This document shows, piece by piece, positions 40,365 to 50,865 of a stretch of DNA of 64,000 bases (position 1 is the stretch's first letter; each line of letters begins with the position of its first letter). The notes under the pieces are model-generated. The model was given only the letters and a program-made list of their open reading frames with translations, did not search any database and was not told where the DNA came from. A program made the position numbers and the translations under genes. Source of the DNA: Vibrio sp. MedPE-SWchi. Its GTDB lineage: Bacteria > Pseudomonadota > Gammaproteobacteria > Enterobacterales > Vibrionaceae. Location of the stretch: assembly GCA_001874155.1 (NCBI GenBank), contig MPDB01000008.1, positions 30,176-94,175 on the forward strand. Reading direction: 5' to 3'.

Positions 40365-41261
40365 ATGAACGAACGTCGTGCCATCGGTTTTGCCCTCTCT
40401 GCCGTATTGCTTTGGTCTACCGTTGCGACGGCTTTTAAGCTGACCTTGGCGGAGTTTACCCCTATCCAAATGCTCACCGTAGCGAGTGTTGTCTCGGCCA
40501 TTGCGCTGATTATCATCTGCAGTCTGCAAGGTAAGCTTTCACTGGTTACAACGACTTTTATCTCTAATCCTTGGTATTACTTGCTGCTCGGTTTGGTCAA
40601 CCCTTTGGCTTACTACCTCATCTTGTTTAAGGCGTATGACCTGCTACCGGCGTCGCAAGCGCAAGCCATTAACTATAGCTGGGCAATCACATTGACCTTA
40701 ATGGCCGCGGTGTTTCTTGGGCAGAAGATAAGAGGCAAAGATTGGATCGCGTGCGGATTTTGTTACTTTGGCGTGATCGTGATTGCGACGAAGGGGGACT
40801 TGCTAGGGTTAAACTTCGACAGCCCGCTTGGCGTGGCGTTGGCACTCCTATCAACCCTTTTGTGGGCAGGCTATTGGATTCTAAACGCAAAGAACAAAGC
40901 TGACCCTGTGGTGGGTGTGTTACTCGGGTTTGTCGTGGCCATTCCCTTTGCGGTTGGATTGAGTCTTTACGAGGGGGCTGAATGGCGTCAAATTACCACC
41001 CAAGGCTGGCTAGCCGTGACCTACGTGGGTTTATTCGAGATGGGCATTACCTTTGTGTTGTGGCTAAGTGCGCTCAAGTCGACACAAAACACCGCGCGCA
41101 TCAGTAACCTTATCTTTGCTTCCCCCTTTATCTCACTCATGCTACTCGCCACGATCATTGGCGAAGAGATTCATCCGGCAACGTTGATAGGCCTGATTCT
41201 GATCGTTAGCGGACTGGTCATTCAACAAGTGAAATGGAAGAAGAAACCTCAGCAGGCGTAG
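40365..41261 (+). CDS. DMT/EamA family transporter
   Basis: About 10 TM helices in two repeats; LWSTVATAFK; AINYSW. Confidence 0.9.
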   Translation: MNERRAIGFALSAVLLWSTVATAFKLTLAEFTPIQMLTVASVVSAIALIIICSLQGKLSLVTTTFISNPWYYLLLGLVNPLAYYLILFKAYDLLPASQAQAINYSWAITLTLMAAVFLGQKIRGKDWIACGFCYFGVIVIATKGDLLGLNFDSPLGVALALLSTLLWAGYWILNAKNKADPVVGVLLGFVVAIPFAVGLSLYEGAEWRQITTQGWLAVTYVGLFEMGITFVLWLSALKSTQNTARISNLIFASPFISLMLLATIIGEEIHPATLIGLILIVSGLVIQQVKWKKKPQQA

Positions 41262-41298
41262 GCGCGTTCTTTAAGCTTCCTGTCTATTCGCAGGCGTA

Positions 41299-42123
41299 TT
41301 AGAACAACTGGTACGCCAATTCACTTCCTTGGCCTCGCACTCCATCAATCTTATCAACCATGTCATGACTAATAGAGAGTGCCTTACCAACTGGGTGGTT
41401 GTCTAAAAACGCTTGTTTCTCATCACTGCCCAGCATTGAATCCCATTTAAGGTGAATGTCTCTTGCGAGATACAACACGCAAGCCAGTTTTTTGGATTCT
41501 GCCGCTTTACCCGGGTGATTCACATTGGCAATAGCATCAATCATTTCAGGGGGGAATTGCCATGCTTGCGCTAGCGCTGCCCCAAGCTGCTGTGAATCGG
41601 TTTCGAGCACATCCCTTTGTACTTTGACAATGTTCTCTCCCGCCTCAACGCGCGACATGATCTCAACCGCTTGCTCTGGCACCAAGGAGTGAATCATCAA
41701 CTCACCAATATTATGCAGCACACCCGTGGTAAAGGTTTCGTTGGCATCCAGGCTGACCGACTTTGCAATCGCACTCGCAATGACAGACACCTCAAATGTA
41801 TTGGCCCAGTAGTCCTTAAGGTTAAGCGTTTCCAGCTTTGGAAAGGTCGTTGAGAGAATGGACGAGGAAATAAGCGTGCGAATTGCCCCAGCCCCGACTC
41901 GAACAATCGCATCATTAATGGTCGACACCCCTTTTACCCCCCCAAAATGGGCGGAATTTGCCATCCTTAATACACGCGCACTCAACACCTGATCCATGGA
42001 CATCTTGCGTGAGAGCTCACCAAAATCGATGGTCTCTCTGTTAACCATTTCAAGCAGCTCTTGTAGCACACTCTCGATGCGTGGGAGCTCATTGATACGT
42101 GAAATCAGTGCATGTTGGCTCAT
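41299..42123 (-). CDS. Stand-alone HDOD domain protein
   Basis: LPRIESV; DQVLSARVLRMANSAHF; AIVRVG; GVLHNIGEL; LAQAWQFP. Confidence 0.9.
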   Translation of the reverse strand: MSQHALISRINELPRIESVLQELLEMVNRETIDFGELSRKMSMDQVLSARVLRMANSAHFGGVKGVSTINDAIVRVGAGAIRTLISSSILSTTFPKLETLNLKDYWANTFEVSVIASAIAKSVSLDANETFTTGVLHNIGELMIHSLVPEQAVEIMSRVEAGENIVKVQRDVLETDSQQLGAALAQAWQFPPEMIDAIANVNHPGKAAESKKLACVLYLARDIHLKWDSMLGSDEKQAFLDNHPVGKALSISHDMVDKIDGVRGQGSELAYQLF

Positions 42124-42350
42124 GTATTCTCTCCTTGGGACACTATTTCTCTCTATTCAATATAGGTCATTATTCCAAACCAAGAAGATGTTTAACCTAT
42201 AAAACAACGTTATGTGATCCACAGATCTAATTCACAAAAGCAATCGCGCTAAACTGCAGATCCATCAATTGTGTAACAGAATACGTCTGAATTCGCGTTG
42301 GTGTGGATAATAACAAGAGGCTGCTAGACATTGAGTAGCCAAACTACAGT

Positions 42351-44831
42351 TTGAGAGTATCTATGTTTCGCATTGCCTTGCCGTCTAATTACATCGAACA
42401 ATGGCAAACTCTGATGAAGAGTCTTGGGGGAGCCCTGAGTGCACAGCATACTATTTACCAGTTCACAGACGAAAAATCTTGGTGCCAGCTAGAGGGAGAG
42501 AACCCTACTCAGCCCCCTATTAGCAAGGCTCTAGCTAAAAATCTCTATCAAACCTTGTCACATTCTATTTACCCATCAACAGAATCCATTCCACACCAGA
42601 TAGAGCAAGGGAACACTTGCTGGACAACGCCCATTTGGCAACCCGATGGCAGCTTGTTTGGCGCATTGGTGACGCACCCCTTACATGAGCAATTGGATCA
42701 TGGTGATCTAATTGCTTCAATCGCTGCACTGGCTGGGAGATTTAGTCATGACCTCAATACCCTACAACACCATCACAGTGCGCAGTTACCATCGCTGCAA
42801 GAGTTCCTCGATGGCTTAGAAGACCACGCGTGGATTAAGAACCTAAAAGGTGAATACGTCGTCTGTAATCGCGCCGTAGAAAGCGCCTGGGGATACGATG
42901 CCAGTGCGATTATTGGGGCAGAAGACCACCATCTGTTCGATAAAGAGATCGCCGATAAATTTGTGCATGCCGATGAGCACATCATTCAATCTGATCAGCA
43001 ATATATCGTCGAAGAGTGTCCTCGGAAGGATGAAAACGGTGATGATATCTGGCTAGAAACGATTAAATCCCCTGTAAAACGGCAGGATGGCAAGTTAATC
43101 GGTGTCCTGGGTATGACGCGTAACGTCACACGACGCAAGATTGTCGAAAACCAGCTCAACGTGACCTCTAAGATTTTCAATAACTCTTATGAAGGCATGA
43201 TGATTACCGATAACAATGGCCATCTTATCGAAGTGAATCAAGCATTCACTAAGATCACGGGGTATCAGGAAGATGAGGTCAAAGGGCGAAACCCGAGACT
43301 GCTCAAATCAGGATTGCAAGACGCCACCTTCTATCGTGAGCTTTGGCAGAGCTTAATCAAAACAGGAAAGTGGAAAGGTGAGCTCTCCAACAAACGCAAA
43401 GATGGCTCCATCTACCTGCAGAAATCGACCATTACAGCAGTACAGGGGAAGGAAGATCAGCTGCTTAACTATCTGTGTGTCTTCGAAGATATCACCGCGC
43501 ACAAAGAAAACGAGCAGAAGCTAGAGAAGATGGCCTTTTATGATCCACTCACCGACCTGCCTAACCGCTCGCTGTTAACTCAAATTCTGACTCAGCAGAT
43601 ACAATCAAAGAAACCCTTTGCCACCCTATTTCTTGATATTGACCACTTCAAGCACATCAACGACAGTCTGGGGCACCATTGTGGCGATCAGGTATTGATT
43701 GAGCTCTCGCTAAGATTGAAATCCGCCATGTACCATCGCGGTCATGTGGCTCGCATAGGCGGAGACGAGTTTGTTATTGTTGCCACTGACTTAGATAACC
43801 CGCCCTCGCTGATTGAAACGATCAATGAGACGTTGAGTCTGTTTAATTCTCCTTTCTACCCGAATGACAGCCACCCTTTGCATTTATCCACCAGCATTGG
43901 GGTATCGCGTTTCCCGCAAGACGGCACCAATACTGACGCCTTGCTAAAGAATGCCGATACCGCCATGTACCTTGCTAAGAAAAATGGTCGAAACGGTTAC
44001 GCGTATTACACGCCAGAGCTGACGGATGAATCCAAGTCTCATGTGCGCTTTCACTCTGCGCTGCATCAAGCGATTAAAAATGACGAGTTCCACTTGGTTT
44101 ATCAACCGCAATTCAATTTAGTCAATGGCTCTCTGTCTGGTTTGGAGACACTATTGCGTTGGCACAATCCAAAACTGGGCAACATATCCCCAGACCAATT
44201 TATCCCTATCGCAGAAAAAACCGGACTCATTAATGAGTTGGGCGATTGGGTGTTAGAAACGGCATGTAGGCAAGGTAAAGAATGGCTGGATAGTGGGTTT
44301 CAATTTTCTAAAATTGCCGTCAACGTATCCGCCGTTCAGCTCCAGCACCGAGACTTTACCAATCGTTTAGTGTCTATCTTAGAATCCACCGGGTTTCCCG
44401 CTCAAAACCTAGAGATCGAGATAACAGAAGGGTTTCTGATGCGTGACCCAGCCTTAGCGACTCAAGATCTTAACAAACTCAAAGCTCTCGGTATTGAGGT
44501 TGCTTTGGATGACTTTGGGACGGGTTACTCATCGCTGTCTTATCTCAAGGGGCTACCACTCGACAAAATCAAAGTCGACCGCTCCTTTATCCATGATATT
44601 CCAAGCGATGGTGAGAGTGTGGCTATCGTGAGTGCCATTATTGCGATGGCAAAAAGCTTATCGCTTGAGGTGATTGCAGAAGGTATCGAAGAGCCTCAGC
44701 AGCAGAGTCATTTGCTGTCACTGGGGTGCTCAATTGGCCAAGGCTTCTATTTCAGTAAGCCCCTTAACCCAAGTGATCCAGATAACCTAGCGACACTGAT
44801 GAGCCTGTTTCGCCCCACTTCTACGCACTAG
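42351..44831 (+). CDS. PAS-PAS-GGDEF-EAL c-di-GMP signalling protein
   Basis: Two PAS/PAC domains; DPLTDLPNR; DIDHFKHINDSLGH; RIGGDEF; ETLLRW; DDFGTGYSSL; start may be ATG 42363. Confidence 0.93.
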   Translation: MRVSMFRIALPSNYIEQWQTLMKSLGGALSAQHTIYQFTDEKSWCQLEGENPTQPPISKALAKNLYQTLSHSIYPSTESIPHQIEQGNTCWTTPIWQPDGSLFGALVTHPLHEQLDHGDLIASIAALAGRFSHDLNTLQHHHSAQLPSLQEFLDGLEDHAWIKNLKGEYVVCNRAVESAWGYDASAIIGAEDHHLFDKEIADKFVHADEHIIQSDQQYIVEECPRKDENGDDIWLETIKSPVKRQDGKLIGVLGMTRNVTRRKIVENQLNVTSKIFNNSYEGMMITDNNGHLIEVNQAFTKITGYQEDEVKGRNPRLLKSGLQDATFYRELWQSLIKTGKWKGELSNKRKDGSIYLQKSTITAVQGKEDQLLNYLCVFEDITAHKENEQKLEKMAFYDPLTDLPNRSLLTQILTQQIQSKKPFATLFLDIDHFKHINDSLGHHCGDQVLIELSLRLKSAMYHRGHVARIGGDEFVIVATDLDNPPSLIETINETLSLFNSPFYPNDSHPLHLSTSIGVSRFPQDGTNTDALLKNADTAMYLAKKNGRNGYAYYTPELTDESKSHVRFHSALHQAIKNDEFHLVYQPQFNLVNGSLSGLETLLRWHNPKLGNISPDQFIPIAEKTGLINELGDWVLETACRQGKEWLDSGFQFSKIAVNVSAVQLQHRDFTNRLVSILESTGFPAQNLEIEITEGFLMRDPALATQDLNKLKALGIEVALDDFGTGYSSLSYLKGLPLDKIKVDRSFIHDIPSDGESVAIVSAIIAMAKSLSLEVIAEGIEEPQQQSHLLSLGCSIGQGFYFSKPLNPSDPDNLATLMSLFRPTSTH

Positions 44832-44940
44832 CTTTTCACCGAGTATTAAAGAATCCCGTGATTAGTCGCATCAGTAATTGACACTCAGGATCGTTGTCAG
44901 TATATCTGTAGGTAAAGTATCAATGATTTAAGGAAAGACC

Positions 44941-45324
44941 ATGAGCTCAACAACCCTTCTTACTCAAGAGCAGATCATCAGCGGACGTGATATCCCTTTA
45001 AAAGAACTCCTTTTTGCTAAAAAAGTGTTCCATAACTATATGTTGATCGCGAAAGAGACAAGCCCAATTGAGCTACTGCCTGAAATGAAGGAAGCGATTA
45101 AAAGAGTCGAGTACTTTCAAACCGAGACAGACCCGTGTGAAGCGCGAAACCTATTGAGTGCTTTATTTACTGAGGTAGAGGTTGCGGAGTCTTTTCAGCA
45201 CTTCAACAGCTTAGCGACGAAGCCAACACAAGCGCTGAATGAGCTTATTGAAGACCGAGTTCAACTCATAAAGAAAGAGCGTCATCTGCTTGCTGAAGCG
45301 GGTTATGACGTATCGAAGATTTAG
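44941..45324 (+). CDS. Hypothetical protein (127 aa, soluble, probably helical)
   Basis: SD AAGGA before ATG; own downstream hairpin; no motif recognised. Confidence 0.75.
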   Translation: MSSTTLLTQEQIISGRDIPLKELLFAKKVFHNYMLIAKETSPIELLPEMKEAIKRVEYFQTETDPCEARNLLSALFTEVEVAESFQHFNSLATKPTQALNELIEDRVQLIKKERHLLAEAGYDVSKI

Positions 45325-45398
45325 CTAGCGTCTAGCACCCTAATGAGTCTACAGCCTGAGTTTTGATGAGGCTGTAGACTTAATAAAGCGAGCGGTGT

Positions 45399-46592
45399 TT
45401 ATACCCATTGCCCAGCAACAAAGCCGCTCGACCAGCACCACTGAAAGTTATACCCACCAAGCCAGCCCGATACATCCATCACCTCACCAATGAAGTACAT
45501 ACCAGCTACAGACTTACACTCCATCGTTTTTGATGAGATCTGATCGGTATCGACACCACCAAGCGTCACCTCTGCCGTTCTGTATCCTTCCGTCCCGTTC
45601 GGTACGATCTGCCAGTTTTCAAGCAATTCGACAATAGACTGTAGCTCTTTCGGGTTATACTGCTTCAACGGCTTATCATTAAGTTCTTTGCGCTCAATCA
45701 GCACCTCAACCAAGCGTTTAGGCAGAACCTTGGCCAAGGTGTTCTTTAGGCTTTGGTTTGGATGCTTCTCACGTGAATTGATCAGCAGCTCTTCAATGTC
45801 ATCATTTGGTACAAGGTTAATAGAAACACTTTCTCCCGCTTTCCAGAACGAAGACACTTGCAAGATAGACGGGCCAGAAAGGCCACGGTGAGTAAACAAC
45901 AGCGCCTCTTTAAATAGCGTCCCATCTTGAGTAGTCACTTCTGCAGGAATCGCGATACCCGAGAGTTCAGCCAGATCGTCTTTGTCTTTGGTGTGCAGCG
46001 TAAAGGGAACCAGACCCGCGGTCGTGGGAACAATAGACAGCCCAAACTGTTCCGCTAGTTTATAGCCAAATGGCGTAGCACCGAGTTTAGGCATCGATAG
46101 CCCCCCCGTGGCAATCACCAACGATTGACACTCAATCAGTCCACCGTTGATTCGAAGCGTAAACCCTGACTCTTGCTTCTCAATGTCAGTTACCTCGGCT
46201 TGATAGCGCTGGGTAATGGTTTCTTGCTTGCACTCATCAAGCAGCATGCTAACGATTTGTTTCGAGCTATCTAAACAGAATAATTGTCCATGCTCACGCT
46301 CTTCAAAGTCGATGCCGTATTTACTCACCAGCGATATAAAGTCCCAGTTGGTGTATTGAGACAGCGCAGACTTTACGAAGTGAGGGTTACGACAAAGGAA
46401 GTTGTTAGCCGACACATCGTAGTTGGTGAAATTACAGCGACCACCACCAGAGATGAGTATTTTACGCCCTGGCTTCTTGGCATGATCCACCAATAGTACG
46501 CTTCGACCTCGCTTTCCTGCTTCAGCTGCGCACATTAGTCCTGCTGCGCCTGCGCCAATAATCACGACATCAAATTGGTTACTCATGTTCAT
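45399..46592 (-). CDS. NAD(P)/FAD-dependent oxidoreductase (HI0933/YhiN family)
   Basis: IIGAGAAG; KILISGGGRCNFTN; LFTHRGLSGP; AEVTLGGV; GGYNFQ. Confidence 0.93.
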   Translation of the reverse strand: MNMSNQFDVVIIGAGAAGLMCAAEAGKRGRSVLLVDHAKKPGRKILISGGGRCNFTNYDVSANNFLCRNPHFVKSALSQYTNWDFISLVSKYGIDFEEREHGQLFCLDSSKQIVSMLLDECKQETITQRYQAEVTDIEKQESGFTLRINGGLIECQSLVIATGGLSMPKLGATPFGYKLAEQFGLSIVPTTAGLVPFTLHTKDKDDLAELSGIAIPAEVTTQDGTLFKEALLFTHRGLSGPSILQVSSFWKAGESVSINLVPNDDIEELLINSREKHPNQSLKNTLAKVLPKRLVEVLIERKELNDKPLKQYNPKELQSIVELLENWQIVPNGTEGYRTAEVTLGGVDTDQISSKTMECKSVAGMYFIGEVMDVSGWLGGYNFQWCWSSGFVAGQWV

Positions 46593-46753
46593 GCTCTTCT
46601 ATGGTTTTTATCTGGGGTTTCGAAAAATAAAAAAGGATGCGCAAGAGCACATCCTTAATGAAGGTATCGCATTCTAACCTCAAATTAGCTTAATGCCAAT
46701 TTGCAGTGTTCGGTTCACCCGTTACTTGTTGCACACACATTTATGTCATGTAC

Positions 46754-47077
46754 TTAAACAAAGAAGGCCATCAGCAATGTCACACTTAATAATCCTGAAG
46801 AGAGAATAAATAGCTCTCGCACTCGATCGCACTTTCCAGTGAACACTGGATCGTGGTGGTGGTGGTACTCTTTGGTTTTTAAATAACTATAGAGGCGGAC
46901 TTGCTTGGTCATATTGCCATGCGTGGTGAAGAAACCACCGCCATCGACCTGCTGATACAGCAAAGGGTGGGCTTCTCGCATAATGTATATAAGTGAACGT
47001 AGCGCAGTTAGGTACCTAACCATGTTGATGCCTGTGACCAACAACAGCGCGAATAAAATAGTGTCTCCACTGATCAT
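46754..47077 (-). CDS. uspB: Universal stress protein B
   Basis: [11 protein letters not shown]; [17 protein letters not shown]; HHHHDPVF. Confidence 0.92.
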   Translation of the reverse strand: MISGDTILFALLLVTGINMVRYLTALRSLIYIMREAHPLLYQQVDGGGFFTTHGNMTKQVRLYSYLKTKEYHHHHDPVFTGKCDRVRELFILSSGLLSVTLLMAFFV

Positions 47078-47151
47078 CTTTTCCTCCCTACATCTTCTAT
47101 CAATGCCCGAAAAGAAAAGATGATTCAGAGAGTCATCTCTTTGCTGCGTGG

Positions 47152-47679
47152 TTACACAGCTGAGGCGTCCATAATAGAAGATGAACCTTCTTTAGCTAAC
47201 ACAGCTAGGTCTTTGTCAATGAAGAACAAGGCTTTACCGTCTTCACCAACCAACTCAAGCTTATCTAAGATCCCTTTAAACAACTTCTCTTCCTCGTGCT
47301 GTTCAGCAACGTACCACTGCAAGAAGTTAAACGTTGAGTAATCTTGGTTTGTAAAAGCTACATGCGCGAGTTTGTTGATTTTTTCAGTAATCATTTGCTC
47401 ATGTTCATACGTTAGACGAAATACCGAACCTAAGCTTTCAAACTCATGCTGTGGTGCATCAATTGCCCCTAGAATTGGCATTGCACCGGTTTCACTGACA
47501 TAGGTAAAAAGGCGCTGCATATGTTGCATCTCTTCAACTGCATGAGCTCTTAAAAACTCAGCCGCACCTTCGAATCCTTTGTCTTCACACCAAGCACTCA
47601 TTTGTAAGTATAGATTGGATGAGAAAAATTCTAGATTTATTTGCTCATTCAATTGATCAACCATCGCTTTGGGTAGCAT
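47152..47679 (-). CDS. ftnA: Non-heme ferritin
   Basis: [22 protein letters not shown]; EEMQHM; [13 protein letters not shown]. Confidence 0.96.
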   Translation of the reverse strand: MLPKAMVDQLNEQINLEFFSSNLYLQMSAWCEDKGFEGAAEFLRAHAVEEMQHMQRLFTYVSETGAMPILGAIDAPQHEFESLGSVFRLTYEHEQMITEKINKLAHVAFTNQDYSTFNFLQWYVAEQHEEEKLFKGILDKLELVGEDGKALFFIDKDLAVLAKEGSSSIMDASAV

Positions 47680-47836
47680 TTTTTACTCCTAATTCAGTTA
47701 TCTAACTGTATTTACTAATCCATCAAACAAACAATACCATGAACCAAACTCAATGTGGATATGAGATCGCTTTGGCAAAATTCCCTATCAACTGGTGCTA
47801 GAGTAAGAGTATCCCTACCTATAAGGAGTGAGCCAA

Positions 47837-48262
47837 ATGAGCTATCAACATATCTTAGTGGCTGTCGATCTCTCAGAAGACAGTAAGCTGCTCGTTGATA
47901 AGGCAGTTGCACTAGCAAAACCACTGAACGCTAACCTCTCTTTTATCCATATCGATGTGAATTACGCCGAACTCTATACCGGGCTTATCGATATAAACCT
48001 GGCAGAGACTCAGCACCAAGCGATGGAAGCCTCGCAGAAACAACTACAAGACTTTGCCGACCATGCCCAATACCCAATCAAACACAGCTTGGTCGGGAGT
48101 GGCGATTTGAGCAATGAGCTGTGTGATTCTATTGTTGAGCACAATATCGACTTAGTTGTTTGTGGTCACCATCAGGATTTTTGGAGCAAGCTGCTCTCTT
48201 CCACACGCCAGCTTATCAACAGTTCGCCCGTCGACATGTTGGTCGTTCCGCTTAAAGATTAA
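47837..48262 (+). CDS. uspA: Universal stress protein A
   Basis: MSYQHILVAVDLS; VVCGHHQDFWSKLLSSTRQLIN. Confidence 0.96.
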   Translation: MSYQHILVAVDLSEDSKLLVDKAVALAKPLNANLSFIHIDVNYAELYTGLIDINLAETQHQAMEASQKQLQDFADHAQYPIKHSLVGSGDLSNELCDSIVEHNIDLVVCGHHQDFWSKLLSSTRQLINSSPVDMLVVPLKD

Positions 48263-48336
48263 CTCGTACCAAGCTCTATATTGCCCAAGCGAGTTAGGGT
48301 AAACTGCAAGCACATTGTTGATAATGAATATTATTT

Positions 48337-49218
48337 ATGTTTTATCTTTCTACAGTTACCCTACTTTGGGCATTTTCATTCAGCTTGATCGGCGTTTATT
48401 TGGCCGGCCAAGTCGATTCGTGGTTTTCGGTTCTTATGCGCGTCGCATTGGCGAGCTTAGTCTTCATCCCGTTTACTAAATTTCGTGGCGTCCCTAACCT
48501 ACTCAAACTGAAATTGATGGCGATTGGCGGTATCCAGTTAGGTTTGATGTACTGCTTCTACTATCAGTCCTTCTTATTACTGTCAGTACCCGAAGTCTTG
48601 TTGTTCACGGTATTCACTCCGATTTACGTCACGCTGATCTATGATCTACTTAAACGCCGATTTTCACCTTGGTACTTGATCACCGCAGTGATAGCGGTGT
48701 CTGGCGCGGCATTCATCAAGTTTGCTGGAGTCAATGAGAACTTCTTAGTCGGCTTCCTTGTGGTACAGGGTGCGAACCTTTGCTTTGCCATCGGACAGGT
48801 TGGCTATAAGTATGTCATGGAGCAAGAAACCGTCGATCTTCCTCAGCATTCTATCTTTGGTTACTTCTATTTTGGCGCCCTTTGCGTGGCGAGCGTTGCA
48901 TTTGCCTTGCTAGGCAGTTTCGACAAGATGCCAACGACAAACCTGCAGTGGGGAGTGTTGGTGTACCTTGGTGTCATCGCTTCAGGGTTCGGCTACTTTG
49001 CTTGGAATAAGGGCGCATGCCTTGTGAATGCAGGCGCGTTAGCTGTAATGAACAATGTGTTGGTGCCAGCGGGGCTTATCGTCAATATCGTCATTTGGAA
49101 TCGAGATGTTGACCTTGTCAGTCTTTCTATTGGTGGCGCGATCATCCTTCTCTCACTTTGGGTCAACGAGAGCTGGGTGAAAAAGCGCGTTGAACAGCAA
49201 TACTTAGCGAATCAGTAA
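48337..49218 (+). CDS. DMT family carboxylate/amino acid/amine transporter (YigM/MadN-like)
   Basis: LLWAFSFSLIGVYLAGQVDS; about 10 TM helices. Confidence 0.88.
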   Translation: MFYLSTVTLLWAFSFSLIGVYLAGQVDSWFSVLMRVALASLVFIPFTKFRGVPNLLKLKLMAIGGIQLGLMYCFYYQSFLLLSVPEVLLFTVFTPIYVTLIYDLLKRRFSPWYLITAVIAVSGAAFIKFAGVNENFLVGFLVVQGANLCFAIGQVGYKYVMEQETVDLPQHSIFGYFYFGALCVASVAFALLGSFDKMPTTNLQWGVLVYLGVIASGFGYFAWNKGACLVNAGALAVMNNVLVPAGLIVNIVIWNRDVDLVSLSIGGAIILLSLWVNESWVKKRVEQQYLANQ

Positions 49219-49240
49219 TTCCAGCTTTCCGTTTCACCAT

Positions 49241-49273
49241 AAAAAAAGCTCACTTAAACCAGTGAGCTTTTTT
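49241..49273. terminator. Bidirectional terminator
   Basis: AAAAAAAGCTCACT-taaacc-AGTGAGCTTTTTT. Confidence 0.8.
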
Positions 49274-49298
49274 ATTACAAATTGAGTTCCAACAGCGT

Positions 49299-50078
49299 CT
49301 AGTTCATAGACGCCAGAACATACACATCAAATCGATTCTTCTTGGTTTCTATCGCCATGCTTGGCTTTTTATCACTTAGCCAAGGCGCGTAATCTGGTCG
49401 CTTAACCACGACCCTCTTAGTGGCAAGCGCAAGCGCAGGCGTTAATAAATCGTCTGCATCATTGTCAGCCCCCACAAGAGATTGAAATACCCGCATCTCT
49501 TTTTTCACGAGCGCCGATTTTTTCTTATTCTCTGGGTGCGGATACATAGGGTCTAAATACACGATATCCGGCTTTTCAAACGATTCATCCTGACACAACG
49601 AATCGAGCGCATCATGACTAGAGGCATGTATCAGCGACATTCTCTCAGTTACCCAGTGGCCTATCTCACTGTCTTGCTTTGCTCGAGCTAAACCATCATC
49701 CAGAAGCGCGGCGACGACAGGGTGACGTTCCACCATTTGAACGTGGCAACCTAACGAGGCAAGCACGAAGGCATCTCGACCTAAACCGGCCGTTGCATCC
49801 AACACCCTTGGTGTCGCCCCTTTATTCAAGCCCGCTGCCTTTGCAATAGATTGCCCTTTGCCACCACCAAACTTTCGACGATGACCCACTGCGCCACCAA
49901 CAAGATCAACAAAAATAGCACCAAGCTTTGGTTCATCGAGCTTACGTAGCTCAAGGTGATCTTGTGTTAATACCAGTGCGAACACGCTCTCTTGACTATG
50001 CTCAAGCCCCCAGCGGCTTGCTAGATTGTCTAGTACATGTTGTTGTGACGATGATTCGCAAATCAATTGTAGCTGCAA
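49299..50078 (-). CDS. rsmJ: 16S rRNA m2G1516 methyltransferase RsmJ
   Basis: [11 protein letters not shown]; [12 protein letters not shown]; YLDPMYP; RVVVKRP; probable TTG start at 50078. Confidence 0.93.
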   Translation of the reverse strand: MQLQLICESSSQQHVLDNLASRWGLEHSQESVFALVLTQDHLELRKLDEPKLGAIFVDLVGGAVGHRRKFGGGKGQSIAKAAGLNKGATPRVLDATAGLGRDAFVLASLGCHVQMVERHPVVAALLDDGLARAKQDSEIGHWVTERMSLIHASSHDALDSLCQDESFEKPDIVYLDPMYPHPENKKKSALVKKEMRVFQSLVGADNDADDLLTPALALATKRVVVKRPDYAPWLSDKKPSMAIETKKNRFDVYVLASMN

Positions 50079-50292
50079 TGTGAGCTCCGTAAGTGGTTTA
50101 TGAGGCGATAGTAAACGAGAGAATTCTACCCGTTTTCCGTATGGCTTACTAAATTTTCTCATTCTCAGTCAAGAACAAAAGGCACGAGTATGATGTCAGT
50201 GACAAGTTTCTCCCTACGCCATAGCAACAACCGCATTGTTAAAATATACTCCGTTTTAGGATGCCGCCTCAATTCAAGGATTCAACACCACC

Positions 50293-50751
50293 ATGCAACA
50301 AGCCAAACTCGACGATCTCGATAGAGCCATATTAAAGACACTCATGGAAGATGCACGTAAGCCTTACGCTGAAATGGCGAAGAGTTTTGATGTTAGTCCA
50401 GCCACCATCCATGTTCGAATTGAGAAAATGAAATCGGCGGAAATAATCCAGGGGACGGAAGTGATCGTCAACACCAAGAAATTGGGTTATGACGTGTGTT
50501 GTTTTATCGGTATCAATCTAAAATCAGCCAGAGACTATCACTCTGCCATTGAGAAGCTTAACGCGCTAGAAGAGGTGGTTGAAGCTTACTATACAACAGG
50601 CGCCTATAACATTTTCGTCAAGCTGATGTGTAAATCGATCGAGGAGCTTCAGTATGTGTTGATCGATAAACTGCAAGCCATTGATGAGGTTCAGTCAACC
50701 GAGACGCTTATCTCTCTGCAAAACCCGATTAATCGTAATGTGAACCCTTAA
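50293..50751 (+). CDS. asnC: Lrp/AsnC family regulator AsnC
   Basis: LDDLDRAIL..LMEDAR; SPATIHVRIEKM; EAYYTTGAY; TETLISLQNP. Confidence 0.94.
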   Translation: MQQAKLDDLDRAILKTLMEDARKPYAEMAKSFDVSPATIHVRIEKMKSAEIIQGTEVIVNTKKLGYDVCCFIGINLKSARDYHSAIEKLNALEEVVEAYYTTGAYNIFVKLMCKSIEELQYVLIDKLQAIDEVQSTETLISLQNPINRNVNP

Positions 50752-50865
50752 TATCCCTGACAGAAGATTAAGGCTAATTCTCGTATTCCGTTTGTCGTAA
50801 CCCTATTACTCACGATCAAAAAGAGCCTCTAACTTAGAGGCCCTTCGAGACAAAATTTTTGTATT

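Noticed and set aside
45762-45780. TCTCACGTGAAT as another parS
   Set aside because: Only the central TCACGTGA matches; the outer GTT/AAC arms are missing
50079-50162. N-terminal extensions in the ORF track (rsmJ, rep, ilvC, hemB, LysR, thiF, SBP)
   Set aside because: Downstream starts with RBSs and family-typical N-termini fit better
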